Source: Candidatus Brocadiia bacterium
GTDB taxonomy: Bacteria; Planctomycetota; Brocadiia; CAIUPP01
Length of the DNA stretch: 64,000 nt
Direction: 5' to 3'
Assembly (NCBI GenBank): GCA_050015075.1
Contig: JBEKCB010000018.1
Coordinates: 33,751 to 97,750, forward strand
The position numbers and the translations under genes were made by a program. Below the pieces are notes generated by a model that ran no database searches, was not told the DNA's origin, and worked only from the letters and a program-made list of their open reading frames with translations. This document shows positions 29,383 to 37,937 of this stretch, piece by piece. Positions within the stretch are counted from its first letter, which is position 1. Every line of letters starts with the position of its first letter.

Positions 29383-30144
29383 ATGATGCCGAGCCGGACG
29401 CTCCTGGGACCAGGTCAACGGAAGCAGACCGCGACTCGGGCGCTGGTCCTCTTTTCCGGCTTTTTCGGCGACGTGTCCAACTGGGCTGCGACGGTCGAGC
29501 GCTTCCAGGAGCGGTACCGCGTCCTGCCGATGGCGTTCCAGCTCTACCGGCGCGACGCCCCCTATCACACCGTGGCCAGCCTGACGCGCACGGTGTGCGA
29601 GGAGATGGACCGGCTGGGCCTGGCGCAGGCGGTGCTCTTCGGGAACTCGATGGGCGGGCAGATCGCCCTGAACGTGGCGCTCGAGCAGCCGCATCGCGTG
29701 GCCGGGCTGGTGCTCACCGGCTCGGCGGGGCTGATGGAGCGGAACCTGGCCGAGTACCCGCCGCTGGACCCGCCGCGAGAATACATCCGCGGCAAAGTCG
29801 AGCAGGTCTTCTTCGATCCGCGCCACGCGACCGACCAGATCGTGGACGAGGTCCAGAGCATCCTCCGCGACAACCGCAACAAGCTGCGGCTGGTGAAGCT
29901 GGCGCGGTCGGTGCGCGAGTTCAACCTGCACGACCGCCTGCCGGCGATCACCGCGCCGACGCTGCTGGTGTGGGGAAAGCAGGACTCGATCACGCCGGTG
30001 GAGGTAGGAGAGATCTTCGCCCAGCGCCTGCCCCAGGCGCGGATGTTCGTGCTCGACCGCTGCGGCCACGCGCCGAACATCGAGCAGCCCGACGAGCTCA
30101 ACCGCCTGGCCGATGAGTTCCTGGCCGAGATCGGATATGTATGA
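29383..30144 (+). CDS. Alpha/beta-fold hydrolase
   Basis: GNSMGG nucleophile elbow, WGKQD acid, CGHAP catalytic His. Confidence 0.88.
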   Translation: MMPSRTLLGPGQRKQTATRALVLFSGFFGDVSNWAATVERFQERYRVLPMAFQLYRRDAPYHTVASLTRTVCEEMDRLGLAQAVLFGNSMGGQIALNVALEQPHRVAGLVLTGSAGLMERNLAEYPPLDPPREYIRGKVEQVFFDPRHATDQIVDEVQSILRDNRNKLRLVKLARSVREFNLHDRLPAITAPTLLVWGKQDSITPVEVGEIFAQRLPQARMFVLDRCGHAPNIEQPDELNRLADEFLAEIGYV

Positions 30145-31706
30145 GAGGCGTGATCGGTAAGGTCTTCCGGGGCCTGTCCGGTCCTCGGATGCGGACCGTC
30201 GCGGAATGGCAGCGCGACCCGGCGCCGACCCAGAAAGCCCTGCTCGACCACCTCGTCGGAACCGCCGCGCGGACGCGCTTCGGCGCCGAACACCATTTTG
30301 AATCCATCGGGTCCATCGCCGATTACCAGGCGCGCGTGCCGCTGAGGACCTACGCGGACTTCAAGCCGTACTGGGACCGCGTGTTCGAGGGCGAACGCGA
30401 CGTCACCTGGCGGGGCCACCCGCGGTATTTCGCCGTCACCTCCGGCACGACCTCGATCGCCGCCGCGGGGAACAAGTACATCCCGGTCTCCGACGAAGGC
30501 ATCCACAGCCAGATGCGCGTGGGCCGCGATATCCTCAACTTCTACTTCAACCACACGCACGACACGGACCTCTTCCGCGGGCGGTTCATGTTTCTCGCCG
30601 GCAGCACGGAGCTGAAGCGCCATCCGCACGGCATACTCACCGGCGACCTCAGCGGCATCATGGCGCTCGAGACGCCGCTCTACACCGGTTTCCTGCGCCT
30701 GCCCACCGGGCGGACGGCGGCCATCGCGGACTGGGAGCAGAAGCTCGACGCAGTCGCGCGCGAGGCCCACGCGGCCGACGTGCGCGGCATCGGCGGCACG
30801 CCCTCGTGGCTGATCTGCGTTTTCGAGCGCGTCCTGGAGCTGCGCCGCAAGGCCGGCCGCCCGGCGCGCACGCTGGCCGACGTCTGGCCGCACCTGTCGC
30901 TCCTCGTCCACGGCGGCGTGAACTTTAGCCCCTACCGCGCCGCGTTCGAGGCGCTCTTCGGCAAGCCGGTGACCACGCTCGAAGTCTATCCCGCCTCCGA
31001 GGGATTCATCGGCGTCGAGGACGTGCCCGGCACGCAGGACCTGCTGCTGATGATGGACTCGGGGCTGTTCTACGAATTCATCCCGGCCGCGGAGGTCGGC
31101 GGCGCACCGCCGGCGCGGCGGACGGTCGCCGACGTGGAGACCGGCGTGGACTACGCCATCGCGCTCAGCACGAACAGCGGGCTGTGGAGCTACCTCGTCG
31201 GCGACACGGTCCGGTTCACCTCGCTGCGCCCGCACCGCCTGCGCGTCACCGGGCGGACGCAGCAGTTCCTCAGCGCCTTCGGCGAGCACCTGGTCGTCGA
31301 GGACGTCGAGATCGCGATGGCCGCCGCCTGCCGTGCCGCCGGCGCGCAGGTGCAGGACTTCCACGTCGTGCCGGTCTATCCCATCTCTGATCCAGCGGGC
31401 AAGCCGGCCGGGACGGACATGCGCCCGCAGCATCAATGGCTCGTGGAATTTATCCAGCCGCCGGCCGACGCGGAGAAGTTCGGCGCGGCCCTCGACGACG
31501 CGCTGCGGCGGCAGAACGAGGACTACGCCGCGCACCGGCAGGGCGACGCCGGCATGCGCCCGCCGGAGGTCGTGGCGCTTCCGCCGAAGACGTTCTACCG
31601 CGCGATGAAGGAGATCGGCCGCTTCGGCCCGCAGAACAAAGCGCCGCGCCTCCGCAACGACCGCGAATTCGCCGAAGTTCTGCTCCGGAACGCCCAGGCC
31701 AGTTAA
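30141..31706 (+). CDS. GH3 (acyl-acid amido synthetase-like) family protein
   Basis: FAVTSGTT...KYIP, GDLSGI, HGGVNF.PY, YPASEGF, GLWSYLVGDTVRF, GRT, AFGEH, QNK.PRL. Confidence 0.9.
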   Translation: MRGVIGKVFRGLSGPRMRTVAEWQRDPAPTQKALLDHLVGTAARTRFGAEHHFESIGSIADYQARVPLRTYADFKPYWDRVFEGERDVTWRGHPRYFAVTSGTTSIAAAGNKYIPVSDEGIHSQMRVGRDILNFYFNHTHDTDLFRGRFMFLAGSTELKRHPHGILTGDLSGIMALETPLYTGFLRLPTGRTAAIADWEQKLDAVAREAHAADVRGIGGTPSWLICVFERVLELRRKAGRPARTLADVWPHLSLLVHGGVNFSPYRAAFEALFGKPVTTLEVYPASEGFIGVEDVPGTQDLLLMMDSGLFYEFIPAAEVGGAPPARRTVADVETGVDYAIALSTNSGLWSYLVGDTVRFTSLRPHRLRVTGRTQQFLSAFGEHLVVEDVEIAMAAACRAAGAQVQDFHVVPVYPISDPAGKPAGTDMRPQHQWLVEFIQPPADAEKFGAALDDALRRQNEDYAAHRQGDAGMRPPEVVALPPKTFYRAMKEIGRFGPQNKAPRLRNDREFAEVLLRNAQAS

Positions 31707-31718
31707 GGGGATCAGGCC

Positions 31719-33767
31719 ATGGTGAACGATTCTCAGGCAGACGCCGGACCGCAAACGGAGATCGTCGTCGGGACGGAACTCGATCTGCGGATCCTGCTGT
31801 TTTTGATCATACCGTTTTCATTGATGGTGCCTGTCCAATTCCTGCTTGGAGGCATCACCGACACGGTTTACATATCACTCTTTGAGTTCGCCGTCGTGCT
31901 CTTCGTTTTTCTCGGCTGCCGATATGCAGAGTCCCGCCGCGTGCTCTTCGATCGCGAGGGAATGACTTTTCTTGCGCGCGGCATCGGCCGCCTGCGCGCG
32001 CCTCCTTTCCATTTCCGCTGGGACGAAGTCGCTGAAATCCGGCCCGCGATGCTCGGGACGATGCGGCTCCGCCTCAACCGCCCGCGGAAATTCTGGACGT
32101 TCCGTTCGCAGCCGAAGAATTCGATCTGGGTTCCCAAACGCATCCGGACTGAGCCACAGTTCACCGAGGCGCTTCGCACTTTCGTGCCGGCTGAGCGAAT
32201 CCGTGCGGAACTGGTATTCGACGAACGCCTTTCATGGTCTGCCCGGTATGGGTGGATTCTGGCGCCGGTCATGCTCCTCTGCGCTGCGGCGGCCGCGGGG
32301 TGCGGCTCAGTCGCGTTCCGCAGCCTGGAGTTCATGGTATTTCTCGCGAGGTGCGGTCTTGGGCTGGTCATCCTGGCGTTGGTCATGCTCCTTCGCCGGT
32401 CCGCTGACCGCGCGCGGCCCGCGCTCGTGGTGGTCGCGGGACTCCTGTTCACATTCACGCTTCTGATGTCGTCCACGGCAATGGCGGCGTTGTTGCTGCC
32501 CCGGGGTCTGAAGCTGGCCACCGGTTACTGGGGCGCGCTGGCCGGCGCGCTGATCGGCTCGGCGATTATGGTGATACACGGCAGGAAGCGCGGCGGATGG
32601 CGCTATGCCGGCGCGACTTTTCTTCTGGCTGCGGCCGGGTTCTGGTGCGGCTGGGCCGGCTTTCACGGGGTCGCCGCAACATGTCTGGGCACCGGATGGT
32701 TTTACCGGAGTCCTTGGACACCCAACGGCGAGGCTTTCCTGTGGACAGGGGTCGCTCATTCCGGGTCGCCTGAAAGGCAGTTGACGGTGCGCTGGTATTC
32801 CTCCGACTTGAAACTGGAACACCGGGCCGTCCTGCCTGTCGATGCGTTCCTTATCGCGGTCGGCCAGGAAGCGGCGCTTTTTTACGCCAACCGCAAGGAG
32901 GGCTCGCAACTCTGGTTCGTTCCCAGGCACGCGGAAGCGCGAGTCATTGATACGGCGACATATTTCGGATACAGGAACATGATATCCCCCGATTGTCGGC
33001 ACGCACTCATCGCCGATTGGGACAGACGAGGCAATATTCTCGCCTGGAAAATCTGCGACCTTGAGACCGGCGCGGTCGAGCCGGTCAACTTTCCCGTGCC
33101 GCTGAGCGAGACCACCGTGATCGCGCTGCGCGACGACGGAACGGTCCTATGGCTATCCGGCTCCGGGCCGCTGGACAAAGAGAATCGCCCGTGGCCGCGC
33201 GCTAATCCCGTGCCGGAGAGCGGCGAATTCCCGCATCCCGGCAAGCCGTACGTCGTCTGGTCATGGAAGATCAATTCCGCCGACGCCCCGGCGCGGCTCC
33301 ATGCCGCCAAAACGCAGTGGGTTCATTGGGAACGGTCCGCTGAGCCCGGGCGGCTTTGCGTCTTGCGCGTCGCCGAAAGTCCGCCCGCGCGGACCGAGTA
33401 CGTCGCGCTGGATTTCTCGCAGTCGCCGCCTGCCGAGACAACGATTTCAGAGGAGGAGTTCGACAGGACGTGGAGGCAGCCGCAGGACAGGTGCTTCGAC
33501 GGACGCTTCGCGTTCGAGCCCAAAGATGCAGGCAGGTTCGCTCCCGGCTGGATTGTGGACACGAAGACCGGCCGGAAATTCGGCATGGTGTCGCGGGCTA
33601 CGGCGTATAACGACGCGTCCCTTTGGTGGTCGCCGGGCGCGCACAAGTTCCTGATGGAAGTCCCGGAATTCGTGCTTGCGGGCGGCCGGTGGCACTGGCG
33701 CCACATGTCCGAGGAGATGTTCGACACCGTCTTCGTCGTCTACTTCGTGGACATGGACCGCCAATAA
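31719..33767 (+). CDS. Hypothetical membrane protein with C-terminal beta-propeller-like region, paralog 1 of 3
   Basis: 682 aa; N-terminal TM pair, PH-like F.WDEV segment, several TMs, WTPNG/SPD repeats; ends VYFVDMDRQ. Confidence 0.8.
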   Translation: MVNDSQADAGPQTEIVVGTELDLRILLFLIIPFSLMVPVQFLLGGITDTVYISLFEFAVVLFVFLGCRYAESRRVLFDREGMTFLARGIGRLRAPPFHFRWDEVAEIRPAMLGTMRLRLNRPRKFWTFRSQPKNSIWVPKRIRTEPQFTEALRTFVPAERIRAELVFDERLSWSARYGWILAPVMLLCAAAAAGCGSVAFRSLEFMVFLARCGLGLVILALVMLLRRSADRARPALVVVAGLLFTFTLLMSSTAMAALLLPRGLKLATGYWGALAGALIGSAIMVIHGRKRGGWRYAGATFLLAAAGFWCGWAGFHGVAATCLGTGWFYRSPWTPNGEAFLWTGVAHSGSPERQLTVRWYSSDLKLEHRAVLPVDAFLIAVGQEAALFYANRKEGSQLWFVPRHAEARVIDTATYFGYRNMISPDCRHALIADWDRRGNILAWKICDLETGAVEPVNFPVPLSETTVIALRDDGTVLWLSGSGPLDKENRPWPRANPVPESGEFPHPGKPYVVWSWKINSADAPARLHAAKTQWVHWERSAEPGRLCVLRVAESPPARTEYVALDFSQSPPAETTISEEEFDRTWRQPQDRCFDGRFAFEPKDAGRFAPGWIVDTKTGRKFGMVSRATAYNDASLWWSPGAHKFLMEVPEFVLAGGRWHWRHMSEEMFDTVFVVYFVDMDRQ

Positions 33768-33811
33768 CGCCGCGGCATCGCAATTACCGCACCGGTTAAA
33801 GAGGTTGGGCC

Positions 33812-35836
33812 ATGGTGAATGGTTCAAGCGCAGACGCCGGACCTCAGACGGAGATCGCCGCCAGGACGCGACTCGATCTACGGAGCGTGCTGCCTTTTAT
33901 CATAGCGTTTGCGTTGACGGTATCTGTCGATTTCCTGATTTTGGGCGTCCGCAGCGCGGTTTTCCTGTCGCTCATGGGCATCGCCGTCGCGTGTTGCTTT
34001 CTATTCGGCGTCCGATATGCAGAGCTGCGCCGTGCGCTCTTTGATCGCGAGGGAATGACGTTGCTTCCACGCGGCATCGGCCGCCTGAGCGCGCGTCCGC
34101 AGCATTTTCGCTGGGACGAGGTCGTCGAAGTCCGGCGGATGCCGTTCGGGACGATGCGGCTCCGCCTCAACCGCCCGCGGAAATTCTGGGCGTTCTTTTC
34201 GCAGTCGAAGAATTCAGTCGTGGTCCCCCAACGCATCTGGACGGAGCCGCGATTCGCCGAGGCGCTTCGCACCTTCGTGCCGGCTGAGCGCATCCATGCG
34301 GAACTGGCATTCGACGAATGCCTTTCTTTCCCGGTGCGATACGCCTGGGTCCTGATGCTGGTGCTCTTCCTTTGCGCTGCGGCGGCCGCAGGGTGCAGCT
34401 TCGTCGCTTTCCGCAGCGCGGGTCTCCCGAGGTCAATCCTCGACCTGTTAATCCTGGCGGTGGCCATGGTCCTTTGCACGGATAGTGCGCGGCCCGCGTT
34501 CAGGGTGGTCGCGGGTTTCCTGTTTACATTCGTGTTTCTGGCGGCGTTCACCATAATTGTAGCGTTTTCGTTTCCCCACGCTCTGAAGCTGATCGCCGGT
34601 TACTGGGGCGCGCTGGCCGGCGCGCTGATCGGCGCGGCGGTCATGGTGATGAACGGCAGGAAGTCCCGCGCAGGATTCTGCGCCGGCGCGACTTTTCTTC
34701 TGGCCGCGGCCGGGTTCTGGTGCGGATGGGCCGGCTTTCCCCAGGTCGCCGGGATACGCCTGGGCGCAGGAGAGGTGGATTATCGCAGTGCCTGGACGCC
34801 CAACGGCGACGGGTTCCTGTTGACGGAGGACGATTCTTCCGGGGCGGTCGGGCGGCCGAAGACGGTGTGCTGGTATTCATCCGATGCGAAACTGGAACGC
34901 CGGAGCGTCCTGCCCGCCGGTGCGAGCCTTCTCGCAGTCGGCCGGGAAGCGGCGTTCTTCAAGGCCGGCGAGTCGCACGATCAACTCTGGTTCGTGCCGA
35001 GACGCGCGGAGCCGCGAGTCATTAACGAGGCGCCCTACTTCATCAATGTCAGCACGTCGCCCGATGTTCGGCACGCACTCATGGCAGATCGGGACAGGCG
35101 AGGCAAAATCCTCGCCTGGAAAATCTGCGACCTTGATACCGGCAAGGTCGAGCCGGTCAACCTTCCCATGCCGGTGAGTGAGGTTGACTTGATTGCGCTC
35201 CACGACGACCTGACGGCTCTATGGCTGCGCGGCTCGCTGGCGATGGACAAAGGGAATCTCAAGGTGAGCCGCCACGTTCCGGTGCCCGAGAGCGGCGACT
35301 TCCAGGTTCCCGGCAAGCCGTACGTCGTCTGGTCGTGGAAGGTCAATTCCGCCGACTCGCCTGTGAAAGTCTGCGCCGCCAAAACGCAGTGGCTCGATTG
35401 GAGGCCCTCGGACGAGCCCGGGCGAATTCGCGTCTGCCGTGTCTCCGAAAACCCGCCCGCGCGGGTCGAGTACGTCGAGCTGGATTTCACGCAGTCGCTT
35501 CCTGCGGAGGCAACGATCTCCGAGGAGGAGTTCGTCACGACGTGGACGCCGCGGCCGGCCAGCTCCTTTGACGGACGGTTCGCGTTTGAGATCGGCGGTG
35601 GCAGATTCGCTCCCGCATGGATTGTGGACACGAAGGCCGGCAGGAAATTCGGCATGCAGTTGCAAGCAGTGATACTTGGCACGGTGCCTCTTTGGTGGTC
35701 GCCGAAGGCGCACAAGTGCTTGATGGAAATCCCGGAAGTGAAGCTGACGGGCGGGCGTTGGCACTGGCGCCGCGGTTCCGAGGGGATGTTCGATGCCGCC
35801 ATGGTCGTCTACTTCGTAGACATGGACCGTCAATAG
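33812..35836 (+). CDS. Hypothetical membrane protein, paralog 2 of 3
   Basis: Colinear similarity to paralog 1; ends VYFVDMDRQ. Confidence 0.8.
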   Translation: MVNGSSADAGPQTEIAARTRLDLRSVLPFIIAFALTVSVDFLILGVRSAVFLSLMGIAVACCFLFGVRYAELRRALFDREGMTLLPRGIGRLSARPQHFRWDEVVEVRRMPFGTMRLRLNRPRKFWAFFSQSKNSVVVPQRIWTEPRFAEALRTFVPAERIHAELAFDECLSFPVRYAWVLMLVLFLCAAAAAGCSFVAFRSAGLPRSILDLLILAVAMVLCTDSARPAFRVVAGFLFTFVFLAAFTIIVAFSFPHALKLIAGYWGALAGALIGAAVMVMNGRKSRAGFCAGATFLLAAAGFWCGWAGFPQVAGIRLGAGEVDYRSAWTPNGDGFLLTEDDSSGAVGRPKTVCWYSSDAKLERRSVLPAGASLLAVGREAAFFKAGESHDQLWFVPRRAEPRVINEAPYFINVSTSPDVRHALMADRDRRGKILAWKICDLDTGKVEPVNLPMPVSEVDLIALHDDLTALWLRGSLAMDKGNLKVSRHVPVPESGDFQVPGKPYVVWSWKVNSADSPVKVCAAKTQWLDWRPSDEPGRIRVCRVSENPPARVEYVELDFTQSLPAEATISEEEFVTTWTPRPASSFDGRFAFEIGGGRFAPAWIVDTKAGRKFGMQLQAVILGTVPLWWSPKAHKCLMEIPEVKLTGGRWHWRRGSEGMFDAAMVVYFVDMDRQ

Positions 35837-35879
35837 CGCCGCGGCATCGCAACGACCGCGCCGGCTAAAGGGGTTGGAC

Positions 35880-37937
35880 ATGATGAACGATTCTCAGGCG
35901 AACGCCGGCTCGCAGACGGAGATCGTCGCTGGGACGGAATCCAAGCTGGCGGCCGCGTTGCCTATGATCATACCATTTGCGTTCTGCGTCCTTTTGGAAT
36001 TCGTGACTTTGGGCATTTGGGGCGTGGTCTGCCTGCTGCTCATTGGCATTGCCGTAGGGGCCGATGCTCTTTACTCGGCCCGATATAGAATGCCTCGCCG
36101 GGCGCTCCTTGATCGCGAGGGAATGACGTTGCTTCCGCTGGAGACCGGCCGCTTCAGCGGGCGTCCGCTGCATTTTCGCTGGGACGAGGTGCTCGAAGTC
36201 CGGCGCGCATCGCGCTGGAAAGGCTGCGCGTTGCAAGTGCGCCTGGACCGCCCGCGGAAATTCTGGACGTTCAGTCCGCAGCGGCAGGATTTGATCTCGG
36301 TCCCCCGAGGCGTCTGTGCGAACCCGCAGTTTGCCGAGGCGATCCGCGCTCACGTCCCGGCTGAGCGGATCCATGGGGAACTGGCCTGCGACGAACGCCT
36401 TTCCTTATCAGCCCGATACCGGTGGGTCTTGGTTTTAGTGATGCTCGCCTGCGCCGCCATGACCGCAGGGTGCAGCTTCGCTATTATTCGCGGCGAGAAT
36501 TTCCTGGCGGCCCTTTTGGCGGCGGTCATCGCACTGATGATCGGAGCGATGGCCATGGCGTTTTGCGCCAGCCATGCGCCCAGGGCATTCGGACTGATCG
36601 CAGGGATCTTCAATACGTTCGCCTTTCTCTCGCTTACAGGCCCTTTCATGCCATTTTTCTTCCCGAGCGGCCTGGCGCTGATCGCCGCTGGCCTGGGCGC
36701 CGCGGCCGGTACGTTGGCCGGTGCGGCGATCATGGTGATCAAAGGCAGGAAGGCCGGCGGATGGGGCTACGCCGGCGCGACTTTTGTTCTGGCCGCGGCC
36801 GGGTTCTGGTGCGCGTGGACAAGCTTTCACCAGATCAGCGAGATACGCGTGGACGCCGGCAGCCTTGACATTCGCAGCCCGTGGACGCCCAAGGGCGATG
36901 CTTTCTGGATAACGGAGGGCGATTCTTTCGCCTCACCCGATGAGCCGGCCTCGGTGTGCTGGTATTCGCGCGACTTAAAACTGGAACGCCGCGCCGTCCT
37001 GCCCGGCCATGCGCACACTCTCGCGGTCGGCGAGGATGCGGCGCTCCTCTGCGTCAAGGGCCAGCCGGATGACCAGCTCTGGCTCGTCCCCAGGAACGCG
37101 GAACCGCGAGTCGTTGACGAGGCGCCGTACTTCGGGAACGGCGCTGTTATATCGCCCGATTCTCGTCATGCTCTCGTTTCCATTTGGGGTACGGAGCGTG
37201 AACCGGTTGCGTGGAAAGTCTATGACCTTGAGACCGGCGAGGTGGAGACCGTGAACTTCCCCGTGCCGCTGAAAGAGGTTTCCCCGATCACGCTCCGCGA
37301 CGACGGAACGGTCCTATGGCTGTCCGGCTCGCGGCCGCTGGACAAGGGGAATTACCCGACGACCCACCTTACCCCGCTGCCCGAGAGCGGCGAGTTCCCG
37401 CATCCCGGCAAACCGTTCGTCGTCTGGGCGTGGAAGATCAATTCCGTCGATGCGCCCGCGAAGCTCTACGCCGCCGGGACCCAGTGGCTTGAATGGCGCC
37501 GGCCGGACAAGTCCCAGCGGCTTTACGTCTGCCGCGTCTCAGAGAATCCGCCTGCGCGGGTCGAGTGCGTCACGCTCGATTTCGCGCAGTCGCCGCCCGC
37601 CCAGACAACGATATCGCAAGATGAGTTCGAGTTCCACCAGCCCTGGATGCCCCGGACGCGCTCCTTTGACGGACGTTTTGCGTTCGCGGCTGCCGAACGC
37701 GGCTTCTTCGCCCCGGCGTTCATCGTGGACACGAAGACCGGCAGAAAATTCCGCTTGCCGGCTCCGGCAATGCCGTTCGGCCCGTCGTACGTTCATTGGT
37801 CGCCGAGCGAGAACAAATTCTTGATCGAGGTCACGCAATCCAAGCTCCCGGCCGGACTCTGGCGCTGGCGCCGGGACACTGAGAAGACCTTAGAGCCCGC
37901 CACCGTCGTTTACTTCGTGGACATGGACCGTCAATAA
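35880..37937 (+). CDS. Hypothetical membrane protein, paralog 3 of 3
   Basis: Colinear similarity to paralogs 1 and 2; ends VYFVDMDRQ. Confidence 0.8.
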   Translation: MMNDSQANAGSQTEIVAGTESKLAAALPMIIPFAFCVLLEFVTLGIWGVVCLLLIGIAVGADALYSARYRMPRRALLDREGMTLLPLETGRFSGRPLHFRWDEVLEVRRASRWKGCALQVRLDRPRKFWTFSPQRQDLISVPRGVCANPQFAEAIRAHVPAERIHGELACDERLSLSARYRWVLVLVMLACAAMTAGCSFAIIRGENFLAALLAAVIALMIGAMAMAFCASHAPRAFGLIAGIFNTFAFLSLTGPFMPFFFPSGLALIAAGLGAAAGTLAGAAIMVIKGRKAGGWGYAGATFVLAAAGFWCAWTSFHQISEIRVDAGSLDIRSPWTPKGDAFWITEGDSFASPDEPASVCWYSRDLKLERRAVLPGHAHTLAVGEDAALLCVKGQPDDQLWLVPRNAEPRVVDEAPYFGNGAVISPDSRHALVSIWGTEREPVAWKVYDLETGEVETVNFPVPLKEVSPITLRDDGTVLWLSGSRPLDKGNYPTTHLTPLPESGEFPHPGKPFVVWAWKINSVDAPAKLYAAGTQWLEWRRPDKSQRLYVCRVSENPPARVECVTLDFAQSPPAQTTISQDEFEFHQPWMPRTRSFDGRFAFAAAERGFFAPAFIVDTKTGRKFRLPAPAMPFGPSYVHWSPSENKFLIEVTQSKLPAGLWRWRRDTEKTLEPATVVYFVDMDRQ

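Noticed and set aside
31719-37937. Diversity-generating retroelement targets
   Set aside because: No reverse transcriptase or template repeat is seen, the C-termini are conserved rather than variable, and differences are not evidently adenine-specific.
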